A stretch of DNA of 64,000 nt from contig OZ176055.1 of assembly GCA_964247055.1 (NCBI GenBank), forward strand, positions 9,176,001 to 9,240,000. Direction: 5' to 3'. The position numbers and the translations under genes were made by a program. The notes under the pieces were generated by a model. The model was not told the origin of the DNA, did no database searches, and worked only from the letters and a program-made list of their open reading frames with translations. Of this stretch, positions 51,801-64,000 are shown in pieces. This stretch comes from Paragordius varius. Its lineage: Eukaryota; Animalia; Nematomorpha. Positions within the stretch are counted from its first letter, which is position 1. Each line of letters starts with the position of its first letter.

Positions 51801-54800
51801 CAGTTGGAGAAATATCCAATTCTTCTTTTCTTCATCCAACTCCAGTTGGAGAAATATCCAATTCTTCATTTCTTCATCCAACTCCAGTTGGAGAAATATC
51901 CAATTCTTCTTTTCTTCATCCAACTCCAGTTGGAGAAATATCCAATTCTTCATTTCTTCATGCAACTCCAGTTGGAGAAATTTCCAATTCTTCTTTTCTT
52001 CATCCAACTCCAGTTGGAGAAATTTCCAATTCTTCATTTCTTCATTCAACTCTTGTTGGAGAAATTACCAATTCTAATTTTCTTCATCCAACTCCAGTTG
52101 GAGAAATATCCAATTCTTCATTTCTTCATCCAACTCCAGTTGGAGAAATATCCAATTCTTCATTTCTTCATCCAACTCTTGTTGGAGAAATATCCAATTC
52201 TTCATTTCTTCATCCAACTCTTGTTGGAGAAATATCCAATTCTTCATTTCTTCCTCCAACTCTTGTTGGAGAAATATCCAATTCTTCTTTTCTTCATCCA
52301 ACACCAGTTGGAGAAATATCCAATTCTTCATTTCTTCATCCAACTCCAGTTGGAGAAATTTCCAATTCTTCTTTTCTTCATCCAACTCCAGTTGGAGAAA
52401 TATCCAATTCTTCATTTCTTCATGCAACTCCAGTTGGAGAAATTTCCAATTCTTCTTTTCTTCATCCAACTCCAGTTGGAGAAATTTCCAATTCTTCATT
52501 TCTTCATCCAACTCTTGTTGGAGAAATTACCAATTCTTCTTTTCTTCATCCAACTCCAGTTGGAGAAATATCCAATTCTTCATTTCTTCATCCAACTCTT
52601 GTTGGAGAAATATCCAATTCTTCATTTCTTCATCCAACTCTTGTTGGAGAAATATCCAATTCTTCATTTCTTCCTCCAACTCTTGTTGGAGAAATATCCA
52701 ATTCTTCTTTTCTTCATCCAACTCCAGTTGGAGAAATATCCAATTCTTCATTTCTTCATCCAACTCCAGTTGGAGAAATATCCAATTCTTCATTTCTTCA
52801 TCCAACTCCAGTTGGAGAAATTTCCAATTCTTCTTTTCTTCTTCCAACTCCAGTTGGAGAAATATCCAATTCTTCATTTCTTCATCCAACTCCAGTTGGA
52901 GAAATATCCAATTCTTCATTTCTTCATCCAACTCCAGTTGGAGAAATTTCCAATTCTTCATTTCTTCATCCAACTCCAGTTGGAGAAATATCCAATTCTT
53001 CATTTCTTCATCCAACTCCAGTTGGAGAAATATCCAATTCTTCATTTCTTCATCCAACTCTTGTTGAGAAATATCCAATTCTTCATTTCTTCATCCAACT
53101 CTTGTTGGAGAAATATCCAATTCTTCATTTCTTCATCCAACTCCAGTTGGAGAAATATCCAATTCTTCATTTCTTCATCCAACTCCAGTTGGAGAAATAT
53201 CCAATTCTTCTTTTCTTCATCCAACTCCAGTTGGAGAAATATCCAATTCTTCTTTTCTTCATCCAACTCCAGTTGGAGAAATATCCAATTCTTCTTTTCT
53301 TCATCCAACTCCAGTTGGAGAAATATCCAATTCTTCTTTTCTTCATCCAACTCCAGTTGGAGAAATATCCAATTCTTCTTTTCTTCATCCAACTCCAGTT
53401 GGAGAAATATCCAATTCTTCATTTCTTCATCCAACTCCAGTTGGAGAAATTTCCAATTCTTCATTTCTTCATCCAACTCTTGTTGGAGAAATTACCAATT
53501 CTTCTTTTCTTCATCCAACTCCAGTTGGAGAAATATCCAATTCTTCATTTCTTCATCCAACTCCAGTTGGAGAAATATCCAATTCTTCATTTCTTCATCC
53601 AACTCTTGTTGGAGAAATATCCAATTCTTCATTTCTTCATCCAACTCTTGTTGGAGAAATATCCAATTCTTCATTTCTTCCTCCAACTCGTGTTGGAGAA
53701 ATATCCAATTCTTCTTTTCTTCATCCAACTCCAGTTGGAGAAATATCCAATTCTTCATTTCTTCATCCAACTCCAGTTGGAGAAATATCCAATTCTTCAT
53801 TTCTTCATCCAACTCCAGTTGGAGAAATTTCCAATTCTTCTTTTCTTCATCCAACTCCAGTTGGAGAAATATCCAATTCTTCATTTCTTCATCCAACTCC
53901 AGTTGGAGAAATATCCAATTCTTCATTTCTTCATCCAACTCCAGTTGGAGAAATTTCCAATTCTTCTTTTCTTCATCCAACTCCAGTTGGAGAAATATCC
54001 AATTCTTCATTTCTTCATCCAACTCCAGTTGGAGAAATATCCAATTCTTCTTTTCTTCATCCAACTCCAGTTGTAGAAATATCCAATTCTTCTTTTCTTC
54101 ATCCAACTCCAGTTGGAGAAATATCCAATTCTTCATTTCTTCATCCAACTCCAGTTGGAGAAATATCCAATTCTTCATTTCTTCATCCAACTCCAGTTGG
54201 AGAAATATCCAATTCTTCTTTTCTTCATCCAACTCCAGTTGGAGAAATATCCAATTCTTCATTTCTTCATCCAACTCTTGTTGAGAAATATCCAATTCTT
54301 CATTTCTTCATCCAACTCTTGTTGGAGAAATATCCAATTCTTCATTTCTTCATCCAACTCCAGTTGGAGAAATATCCAATTCTTCATTTCTTCATCCAAC
54401 TCCAGTTGGAGAAATATCCAATTCTTCTTTTCTTCATCCAACTCCAGTTGGAGAAATATCCAATTCTTCTTTTCTTCATCCAACTCCAGTTGGAGAAATA
54501 TCCAATTCTTCATTTCTTCATCCAACTCCAGTTGGAGAAATATCCAATTCTTCTTTTCTTCATCCAACTCCAGTTGGAGAAATATCCAATTCTTCTTTTC
54601 TTCATCCAACTCCAGTTGGAGAAATATCCAATTCTTCTTTTCTTCATCCAACTCCAGTTGGAGAAATATCCAATTCTTCTTTTCTTCATCCAACTCCAGT
54701 TGGAGAAATATCCAATTCTTCTTTTCTTCATCCAACTCCAGTTGGAGAAATATCCAATTCTTCATTTCTTCATCCAACTCCAGTTGGAGAAATATCCAAT

Positions 54801-57800
54801 TCTTCTTTTCTTCATCCAACTCCAGTTGGAGAAATATCCAATTCTTCATTTCTTCATGCAACTCCAGTTGGAGAAATTTCCAATTCTTCTTTTCTTCATC
54901 CAACTCCAGTTGGAGAAATTTCCAATTCTTCATTTCTTCATTCAACTCTTGTTGGAGAAATTACCAATTCTAATTTTCTTCATCCAACTCCAGTTGGAGA
55001 AATATCCAATTCTTCATTTCTTCATCCAACTCCAGTTGGAGAAATATCCAATTCTTCATTTCTTCATCCAACTCTTGTTGGAGAAATATCCAATTCTTCA
55101 TTTCTTCATCCAACTCTTGTTGGAGAAATATCCAATTCTTCATTTCTTCCTCCAACTCTTGTTGGAGAAATATCCAATTCTTCTTTTCTTCATCCAACAC
55201 CAGTTGGAGAAATATCCAATTCTTCATTTCTTCATCCAACTCCAGTTGGAGAAATTTCCAATTCTTCTTTTCTTCATCCAACTCCAGTTGGAGAAATATC
55301 CAATTCTTCATTTCTTCATGCAACTCCAGTTGGAGAAATTTCCAATTCTTCTTTTCTTCATCCAACTCCAGTTGGAGAAATTTCCAATTCTTCATTTCTT
55401 CATCCAACTCTTGTTGGAGAAATTACCAATTCTTCTTTTCTTCATCCAACTCCAGTTGGAGAAATATCCAATTCTTCATTTCTTCATCCAACTCTTGTTG
55501 GAGAAATATCCAATTCTTCATTTCTTCATCCAACTCTTGTTGGAGAAATATCCAATTCTTCATTTCTTCCTCCAACTCTTGTTGGAGAAATATCCAATTC
55601 TTCTTTTCTTCATCCAACTCCAGTTGGAGAAATATCCAATTCTTCATTTCTTCATCCAACTCCAGTTGGAGAAATATCCAATTCTTCATTTCTTCATCCA
55701 ACTCCAGTTGGAGAAATTTCCAATTCTTCTTTTCTTCTTCCAACTCCAGTTGGAGAAATATCCAATTCTTCATTTCTTCATCCAACTCCAGTTGGAGAAA
55801 TATCCAATTCTTCATTTCTTCATCCAACTCCAGTTGGAGAAATTTCCAATTCTTCATTTCTTCATCCAACTCCAGTTGGAGAAATATCCAATTCTTCATT
55901 TCTTCATCCAACTCCAGTTGGAGAAATATCCAATTCTTCATTTCTTCATCCAACTCTTGTTGAGAAATATCCAATTCTTCATTTCTTCATCCAACTCTTG
56001 TTGGAGAAATATCCAATTCTTCATTTCTTCATCCAACTCCAGTTGGAGAAATATCCAATTCTTCATTTCTTCATCCAACTCCAGTTGGAGAAATATCCAA
56101 TTCTTCTTTTCTTCATCCAACTCCAGTTGGAGAAATATCCAATTCTTCTTTTCTTCATCCAACTCCAGTTGGAGAAATATCCAATTCTTCTTTTCTTCAT
56201 CCAACTCCAGTTGGAGAAATATCCAATTCTTCTTTTCTTCATCCAACTCCAGTTGGAGAAATATCCAATTCTTCTTTTCTTCATCCAACTCCAGTTGGAG
56301 AAATATCCAATTCTTCATTTCTTCATCCAACTCCAGTTGGAGAAATATCCAATTCTTCATTTCTTCATCCAACTCTTGTTGGAGAAATATCCAATTCTTC
56401 TTTTCTTCATCCAACTCCAGTTGGAGAAATATCCAATTCTTCATTTCTTCATCCAACTCCAGTTGGAGAAATATCCAATTCTTCATTTCTTCATCCAACT
56501 CCAGTTGGAGAAATATCCAATTCTTCATTTCTTCATCCAACTCCAGTTGGAGAAATATCCAATTCTTCTTTTCTTCATCCAACTCCAGTTGGAGAAATAT
56601 CTAATTCTTCATTTCTTCATCCAACTCCAGTTGGAGAAATATCCAATTCTTCATTTCTTCATCCAACTCCAGTTGGAGAAATATCCAATTCTTCATTTCT
56701 TCATCCAACTCCAGTTGGAGAAATATCCAATTCTTCTTTTCTTCATCCAACTCCAGTTGGAGAAATATCCAATTCTTCATTTCTTCATCCAACTCCAGTT
56801 AGAGAAATATCCAATTCTTCATTTCTTCATCCAACGCCAGTTGGAGAAATATCTAATTCTTCTTTTCTTCATCCAACTCCAGTTGAAGAAATATCCAATT
56901 CTTCATTTCTTCATCCAACTATAATTGGAGAAATATCCAATTCTCCATTTCTTCATCCAATTTCAGTTGGAGAAATATCCAATTCTTCATTTCTTCATCC
57001 AACTACAGTTGGAGAAATATCCAATTCTTCTTTTCTTCATCCAACTCCAGTTGGAGAAATATCCAATTCTTCATTTCTTCATCCAACTCCAGTTGGAGAA
57101 ATATCCAATTCTTCTTTTCTTCATCCAACTCCAGTTGGAGAAATATCCAATTCTTCTTTTCTTCATCCAACTCCAGTTGGAGAAATATCCAATTCTTCAT
57201 TTCTTCATCCAACTCCACTTGGAGAAATATCCAATTCTTCAATTCTTCATCCAATTTCAGTTGGAGAAATATCCAATTCTTCATTTCTTCATCCAACTAC
57301 AGTTGGAGAAATATCCAATTCTTCTTTTCTTCATCCAACTCCAGTTGGAGAAATATCCAATTCTTCATTTCTTCATCCAACTCCAGTTGGAGAAATATCC
57401 AATTCTTCTTTTCTTCATCCAACTCCAGTTGGAGAAATATCCAATTCTTCTTTTCTTCATCCAACTCCAGTTGGAGAAATATCCAATTCTTCATTTCTTC
57501 ATCCAACTCCACTTGGAGAAATATCCAATTCTTCAATTCTTCATCCAACTACAGTTGGAGAAATATCCAATTCTTCATTTCTTCATCCAACTACAGTTGG
57601 AGAAATATCCAATTCTTCAATTCTTCATCCAACTCCAGTTGGAGAAATATCCAATTCTTCATTTCGTCATCCAACTCCAGTTGGAGAAATATCCAATTCT
57701 TCTTTTCTTTATCCAACTCCAGTTGGAGAAATATCCAATTCTTCATTTCGTCATCCAACTCCAGTTGGAGAAATATCCAATTCTTCTTTTCTTCATCCAA

Positions 57801-60800
57801 CTCCAGTTGGAGAAATATACAATTCTTCTTTTCTTCATCCAACTCCAGTTGGAAAAATATGCATTTCATCATCCAACTTTAGTTGGAGAAATATCCAATT
57901 CTTCTTTTCTTCATCCAACTTCAGTTGGTGAAATATCCAATTCTTCATTTCTTCATCCAACTACAGTTGGAGAAATATCCAATTCTTCATTTCTTCATCC
58001 AACTCCAGTTGGAGAAATATCCAATTCTTCATTTCTTCATCCAACTCCAGTTGGAGAAATATCCAATTCTTCATTTCTTCATCCAACTCCAGTTGGAGAA
58101 ATATCCAATTCTTCTTTTATTCATCCAACTCCAGTTGGAGAAATATCCAATTCTTCATTTCTTCATCCAACTTCAGTTGGAGAAATATCCAATTCTTCAT
58201 TTCTTCATCCAACTACAGTTGGAGAAATATCCAATTCTTCTTTTCTTCATCCAACTCCAGTTGGAGAAATATCCAATTCTTCATTTCTTCATCCAACTCC
58301 ACTTGGAGAAATATCCAATTCTTCAATTCTTCATCCAACTACAGTTGGAGAAATATCCAATTCTTCATTTCTTCATCCAACTACAGTTGGAGAAATATCC
58401 AATTCTTCATTTCTTCATCCAACTACAGTTGGAGAAATATCCAATTCTTCAATTCTTCATCCAACTCCAGTTGGAGAAATATCCAATTCTTCTTTTCTTC
58501 ATCCAACTCCAGTTGGAGAAATATACAATTCTTCTTTTATTCATCCAACTCCAGTTGGAAAAATATGCATTTCATCATCCAACTTTAGTTGGAGAAATAT
58601 CCAATTCTTCTTTTCTTCATCCAACTTCAGTTGGTGAAATATCCAATTCTTCATTTCTTCATCCAACTACAGTTGGAGAAATATCCAATTCTTCATTTCG
58701 TCATCCAACTCCAGTTGGAGAAATATCCAATTCTTCTTTTCTTCATCCAACTCCAGTTGGAGAAATATACAATTCTTCTTTTCTTCATCCAACTCCAGTT
58801 GGAAAAATATGCATTTCATCATCCAACTTTAGTTGGAGAAATATCCAATTCTTCTTTTCTTCATCCAACTTCAGTTGGTGAAATATCCAATTCTTCATTT
58901 CTTCATCCAACTACAGTTGGAGAAATATCCAATTCTTCATTTCTTCATCCAACTCCAGTTGGAGAAATATCCAATTCTTCATTTCTTCATCCAACTCCAG
59001 TTGGAGAAATATCCAATTCTTCTTTTATTCATCCAACTCCAGTTGGAGAAATATCCAATTCTTCATTTCTTCATCCAACTTCAGTTGGAGAAATATCCAA
59101 TTCTTCATTTCTTCATCCAACTACAGTTGGAGAAATATCCAATTCTTCTTTTCTTCATCCAACTCCAGTTGGAGAAATATCCAATTCTTCATTTCTTCAT
59201 CCAACTCCACTTGGAGAAATATCCAATTCTTCAATTCTTCATCCAACTACAGTTGGAGAAATATCCAATTCTTCAATTCTTCATCCAACTACAGTTGGAG
59301 AAATATCCAATTCTTCATTTCTTCATCCAACTCCAGTTGGAGAAATATCCAATTCTTCTTTTCTTCATCCAACTCCAGTTGGAGAAATATCCAATTCTTC
59401 ATTTCTTCATCCAACTCCACTTGGAGAAATATCCAATTCTTCAATTCTTCATCCAACTACAGTTGGAGAAATATCCAATTCTTCAATTCTTCATCCAACT
59501 CCACTTGGAGAAATATCCAATTCTTCATTTCTTCATCCAACTACAGTCGGAGAAATATCCAATTCTTCATTTCTTCATCCAACTCCAGTTGGAGAAATAT
59601 CCAATTCTTCTTTTATTCATCCAACTCCAGGAGAAATATCCCTTTCTTCTTTTCTTCATCCAACTCCAGTTGGAGAAATATCTAATTCTTCTTTTATTCA
59701 TCCAACTACATTTGGAGAAATATCCAATTCTTCATTTCTTCATCCAACTCCAGTTGGAGAAATATCCAATTCTTCATTTCTTCATCCAACTCCAGTTGGA
59801 GAAATATCCAATTCTTCTTTTATTCATCCAACTCCAGTTGGAGAAATATCCAATTCTTCATTTCTTCATCCAACTTCAGTTGGAGAAATATCCAATTCTT
59901 CATTTCTTCATCCAACTACAGTCGGAGAAATATCCAATTCTTCATTTCTTCATCCAACTCCAGTTGGAGAAATATCCAATTCTTCTTTTATTCATCCAAC
60001 TCCAGTTGGAGAAATATCCCTTTCTTCTTTTCTTCATCCAACTCCAGTTGGAGAAATATCCAATTCTTCTTTTATTCATCCAACTACATTTGGAGAAATA
60101 TCCAATTCTTCATTTCTTCATCCAACTCCAGTTGGAGAAATATCCAATTCTTCATTTCTTCATCCAACTCCAGTTGGAGAAATATCCGATTCTTCTTTTA
60201 TTCATCCAACTCCAGTTGGAGAAATATCCAATTCTTCAATTCTTCATCCAACTTCAGTTGGAGAAATATCCGATTCTTCATTTCTTCATCCAACTACAGT
60301 TGGAGAAATATCCAATTCTTCATTTCTTCATCCAACTCCAGTTGGAGAAATATCCAATTCTTCATTTCTTCATCCAACTCCAGTTGGAGAAATATCCAAT
60401 TCTTCAATTCTTCATCCAACTACAGTTGGAGAAATATCCAATTCTTCTTTTCTTCATCCAACTCCAGTTGGAGAAATATCCAATTCTTCTTTTATTCATC
60501 CAACTCCAGTTGGAAAAATATCCAATTCTTCTTTTCATCCAACTCCAGTTGGAAAAATATCCAATTCTTCATTTCTTCATCCAACTCCAGTTGGAGAAAT
60601 ATCCAATTCTTCATTTCTTCATCCAACTCCAGTTGGAGAAATATCCAATTCTTCTTTTCTTCATCCAACTCCAGTTGGAGAAATATCCAATTCTTCTTTT
60701 ATTCATCCAACTCCAGTTGGAGATATATCCAATTCTTCTTTTATTCATCCAACTACATTTGGAGAAATATCCAATTCTTCTTTTATTCATCCAACTCCAG

Positions 60801-62144
60801 TTGGAAAAATATCCAATTCTTCTTTTCATCCAACTCCAGTTGGAAAAATATCCAATTCTTCATTTCTTCATCCAACTCCAGTTGGAGAAATATCCAATTC
60901 TTCATTTCTTCATCCAACTCCAGTTGGAGAAATATCCAATTCTTCTTTTATTCATCCAACTCCAGTTGGAGATATATCCAATTCTTCTTTTATTCATCCA
61001 ACTACATTTGGAGAAATATCCAATTCTTCTTTTATTCATCCAACTCCAGTTGGAAAAATATCCAATTCTTCTTTTCATCCAACTCCAGTTGGAAAAATAT
61101 CCAATTCTTCATTTCTTCATCCAACTCCAGTTGGAGAAATATCCAATTCTTCTTTTCTTCATCCAACTCCAGTTGGAGATATATCCAATTCTTCTTTTAT
61201 TCATCCAACTCCAGTTGGAGATATATCCAATTCTTCTTTTATTCATCCAACTACATTTGGAGAAATATCCAATTCTTCTTTTATTCATCCAACTCCAGTT
61301 GGAAAAATATCCAATTCTTCTTTTCATCCAACTCCAGTTGGAAAAATATCCAATTCTTCATTTCTTCATCCAACTCCAGTTGGAGAAATATCCAATTCTT
61401 CATTTCTTCATCCAACTCCAGTTGGAGAAATATCCAATTCTTCATTTCTTCATCCAACTCCAGTTGGAGAAATATCCAATTCTTCATTTCTTCATCCAAC
61501 TCCAGTTGGAGAAATATCCCTTTCTTCTTTTCTTCATCCAACTCCAGTTGGAGAAATATCCAATTCTTCATTTCTTCATCCAACTCCAGTTGGAGAAATA
61601 TCCAATTCTTCTTTTCTTCATCCAACTCCAGTTGGAGAAATATCCAATTCTTCATTTCTTCATCCAACTCCAGTTGGAGAAATATCCAATTCTTCTTTTC
61701 ATCCAACTCCAGTTGGAAAAATATCCAATTCTTCATTTCATCCAACTCCAGTTGGAAAAATATCCAATTCTTCATTTCTTCATCCAACTACAGTTGGAGA
61801 AATATCCCTTTCTTCTTTTCTTCATCCAACTCCAGTTGGAGAAATATCCAATTCTTCTTTTCATCCAACTCCAGTTGGAAAAATATCCAATTCTTCATTT
61901 CTTCATCCAACTCCAGTTGGAGAAATATCCAATTCTTCATTTCTTCATCCAACTCCAGTTGGAGAAATATCCAATTCTTCTTTTCTTCATCCAACTCCAG
62001 TTGGAGAAATATCCAATTCTTCTTTTCTTCATCCAACTCCAGTTGGAGAAATATCCAATTCTTCATTTATTCATCCAACTCCAGTTGGAGAAATATCCAA
62101 TTCTTCTTTTCTTCATCCAACTAGAGTTGGATAAATATCCAATT
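48872..62144 (+). repeat. 42-bp tandem satellite array 2 (~13.3 kb, ~315 monomers)
   Basis: Same consensus as array 1 with a different set of variants; contains a 2896-bp higher-order duplication. Confidence 0.99.
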
Positions 62145-64000
62145 TCCCATTTATTTCATACGTTAACAGATATTTGATTATATTTACAGGTATGCGAACT
62201 ATCCATTTATCTAACAACATAATCAAATTTTAAGCAACTGAAAAAATGTCCAAATCTGTTTAACAAGTTATCTTTGTCCGATTTTAATGTTAGTTCAATT
62301 CCACTTTCTTCTATATCCTCCTTAATAATTAGAGGTAACCAGATCCTCATTATGCATCCGTTCAATTATTTCGATTTAATATTAAGATGTATCGATCATC
62401 AATTGTCATTAACTCTTTAAATATTTAACCATGTTTCCATTTTTTATTTTAGAAGCGTTTAAAATTTATTATACTGACTCAAGCCATATTTCGAAAATAT
62501 CAATTATAAAAAAATAATTTTTTATAAATAATTTACATAAGATAACACAATTACATAATATTATTAAAAATTATATTGGTTCATAGAAAGCATAACTTTA
62601 GAAAGTAAAATCATGTATCATGCAAATGAAATGCATAAACAAGTCATAATTATTAATTAAAGATAAAGCCCATTTATCCGAGTCCATTACAAATTTAGCG
62701 ATGGGATTCGAAAAGTAAGCTGTTTAATTTTTAATGATATACATTAATGTATATAGCAGTCGTTATTAAAATTAAAAAATTATTGAATCGATTTAATCAT
62801 ATCATAGATTTGCACTTAGATTTGAGCGGTGAAAGTTATTTAATAAAACGTAATGTGTTGCAGAATAGTTCCTGGGTTTATAAACTTCGGTATAAATTTT
62901 ACGTTTACGACTTTACCACTTCAAGCTTCACCTACATTAATGGATAATTCTTTATTAACAAAGGTCGATGGAATTGGTGTCTACCTTACAGAATCACCCA
63001 ATCCCTTTTCCTCTGAATCAGAATATTTATTAACTCGAGTATTTATTCAAATCCATTTATAAGATTTCAAATTTCGGATCTTTATACGCCTTTAATTATT
63101 TTTGTTCATGAGTGTTCAAAGTTTTCAACGTTCATTAATGTTTGTTAACTGAAGCTTGTAAATTAAAAGTTTCTTAACAGAAATCCGGATAAGCACCGAT
63201 AGTTTTTACTTTTATATCTGTGTAATCTCCTCTTTAAATGATTGTCCAAAGATTAACAAAGTTTTGTCTTTTATTTCGATATGAGTTAAAGGTCTCCAAA
63301 ATCTACATAATATCTGTTAAACAATTTTAGTTGTTTATAAAGAGAGGTTAAATACTGTAATGATCGTCTTTCAGGCATAAAATATTAAGGACAAAATCTT
63401 CTTAGGATTTGTTTTATCCAGAATGTAACACTATGAAACATAATCTTCAAATGTTATATTTGGATAAAAACTGCGAGGTTACAGTGATTTTAGTTATTAT
63501 TTATTGACTCTACTTTTATAAATATTATATCCGACAATAAATGCTTCACTATTTAAATCATTTATTTGATGAAGTTATATCATTGCTATATTATTGTGAA
63601 TATACTTTGTTTAGACTGAATCATCAGTCAGCACAGTTCGTGTTAAGAATTTCCATGTTAGTCCCCTTATTTCGTTTACAGTGGTTACATATTCAAAGTT
63701 GTTAATATATGGTTGATTTTTAAAGATGAGATACCCATACTTCTATACATTATTAAGAGATGTCAAATTTTTAATAATTTAAAGCTGTAATATTCTTCCG
63801 TGTTGGTTTCCATATTATATAGTTTGAAATTATATGTTTAAATAAAAAATGCATTTATTATTATATATACAAATTTTAATATGCATACATACATAAATAA
63901 GTATAATATATGTGAATATCGTTGCGATTAATTTATTTGTATACATTAAAATTTGGTAATTAAATATTAATATACATAAAAATTTTGTTATATAAAAAAT
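62145..64000. repeat. 3' flank of module 2, paralogous to 33911-35490; runs off the window
   Basis: Collinear with flank 1, with an extra ~150-bp segment at ~62660-62815. Confidence 0.92.

Noticed and set aside
12560-62144. CRISPR array (palindromic repeat with spacers)
   Set aside because: The linkers are homologous TC-rich variants rather than unique spacers, the main arrays are pure tandem repeats, no cas-like ORFs are present, and the context is eukaryotic.
15016-62144. Telomeric repeat
   Set aside because: The 42-bp unit is internal, flanked by genes on both sides, and lacks a G-rich short telomerase-type motif.

Overview
This is a very AT-rich eukaryotic window with spliceosomal introns (some only 22 nt) and the standard genetic code. 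The left 9 kb holds ordinary genes: an intact six-exon MND1, a two-TM orphan ORF and an SLC35F3/F4-like transporter. About half the window is two large arrays of one 42-bp satellite (consensus GTTGGAGAAATATCCAATTCTTCATTTCTTCATCCAACTCCA), at about 15.0-33.9 kb (~450 units) and 48.9-62.1 kb (~315 units). Each array sits inside the same direct-repeated module: a halo of diverged ancestral monomers, a ~0.7 kb foldback element carrying a Cys/His-rich ORF, a short diverged block, the homogeneous array, and a conserved 3' flank. Between the two modules (36-44 kb) lie decayed sequences: an ICMT pseudogene, three RTE/BovB-like LINE pieces, a broken membrane-protein gene and MITE-like foldbacks. The very long ORFs in the ORF track (LEKYPILHFFIQLQ, VGEISNSSFLHPTP, LELDEEMKNWIFLQ) are translations of the satellite and are not called as genes. 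No CRISPR system, rRNA or tRNA was recognised. All homology calls are from recalled family motifs; no database search was run.
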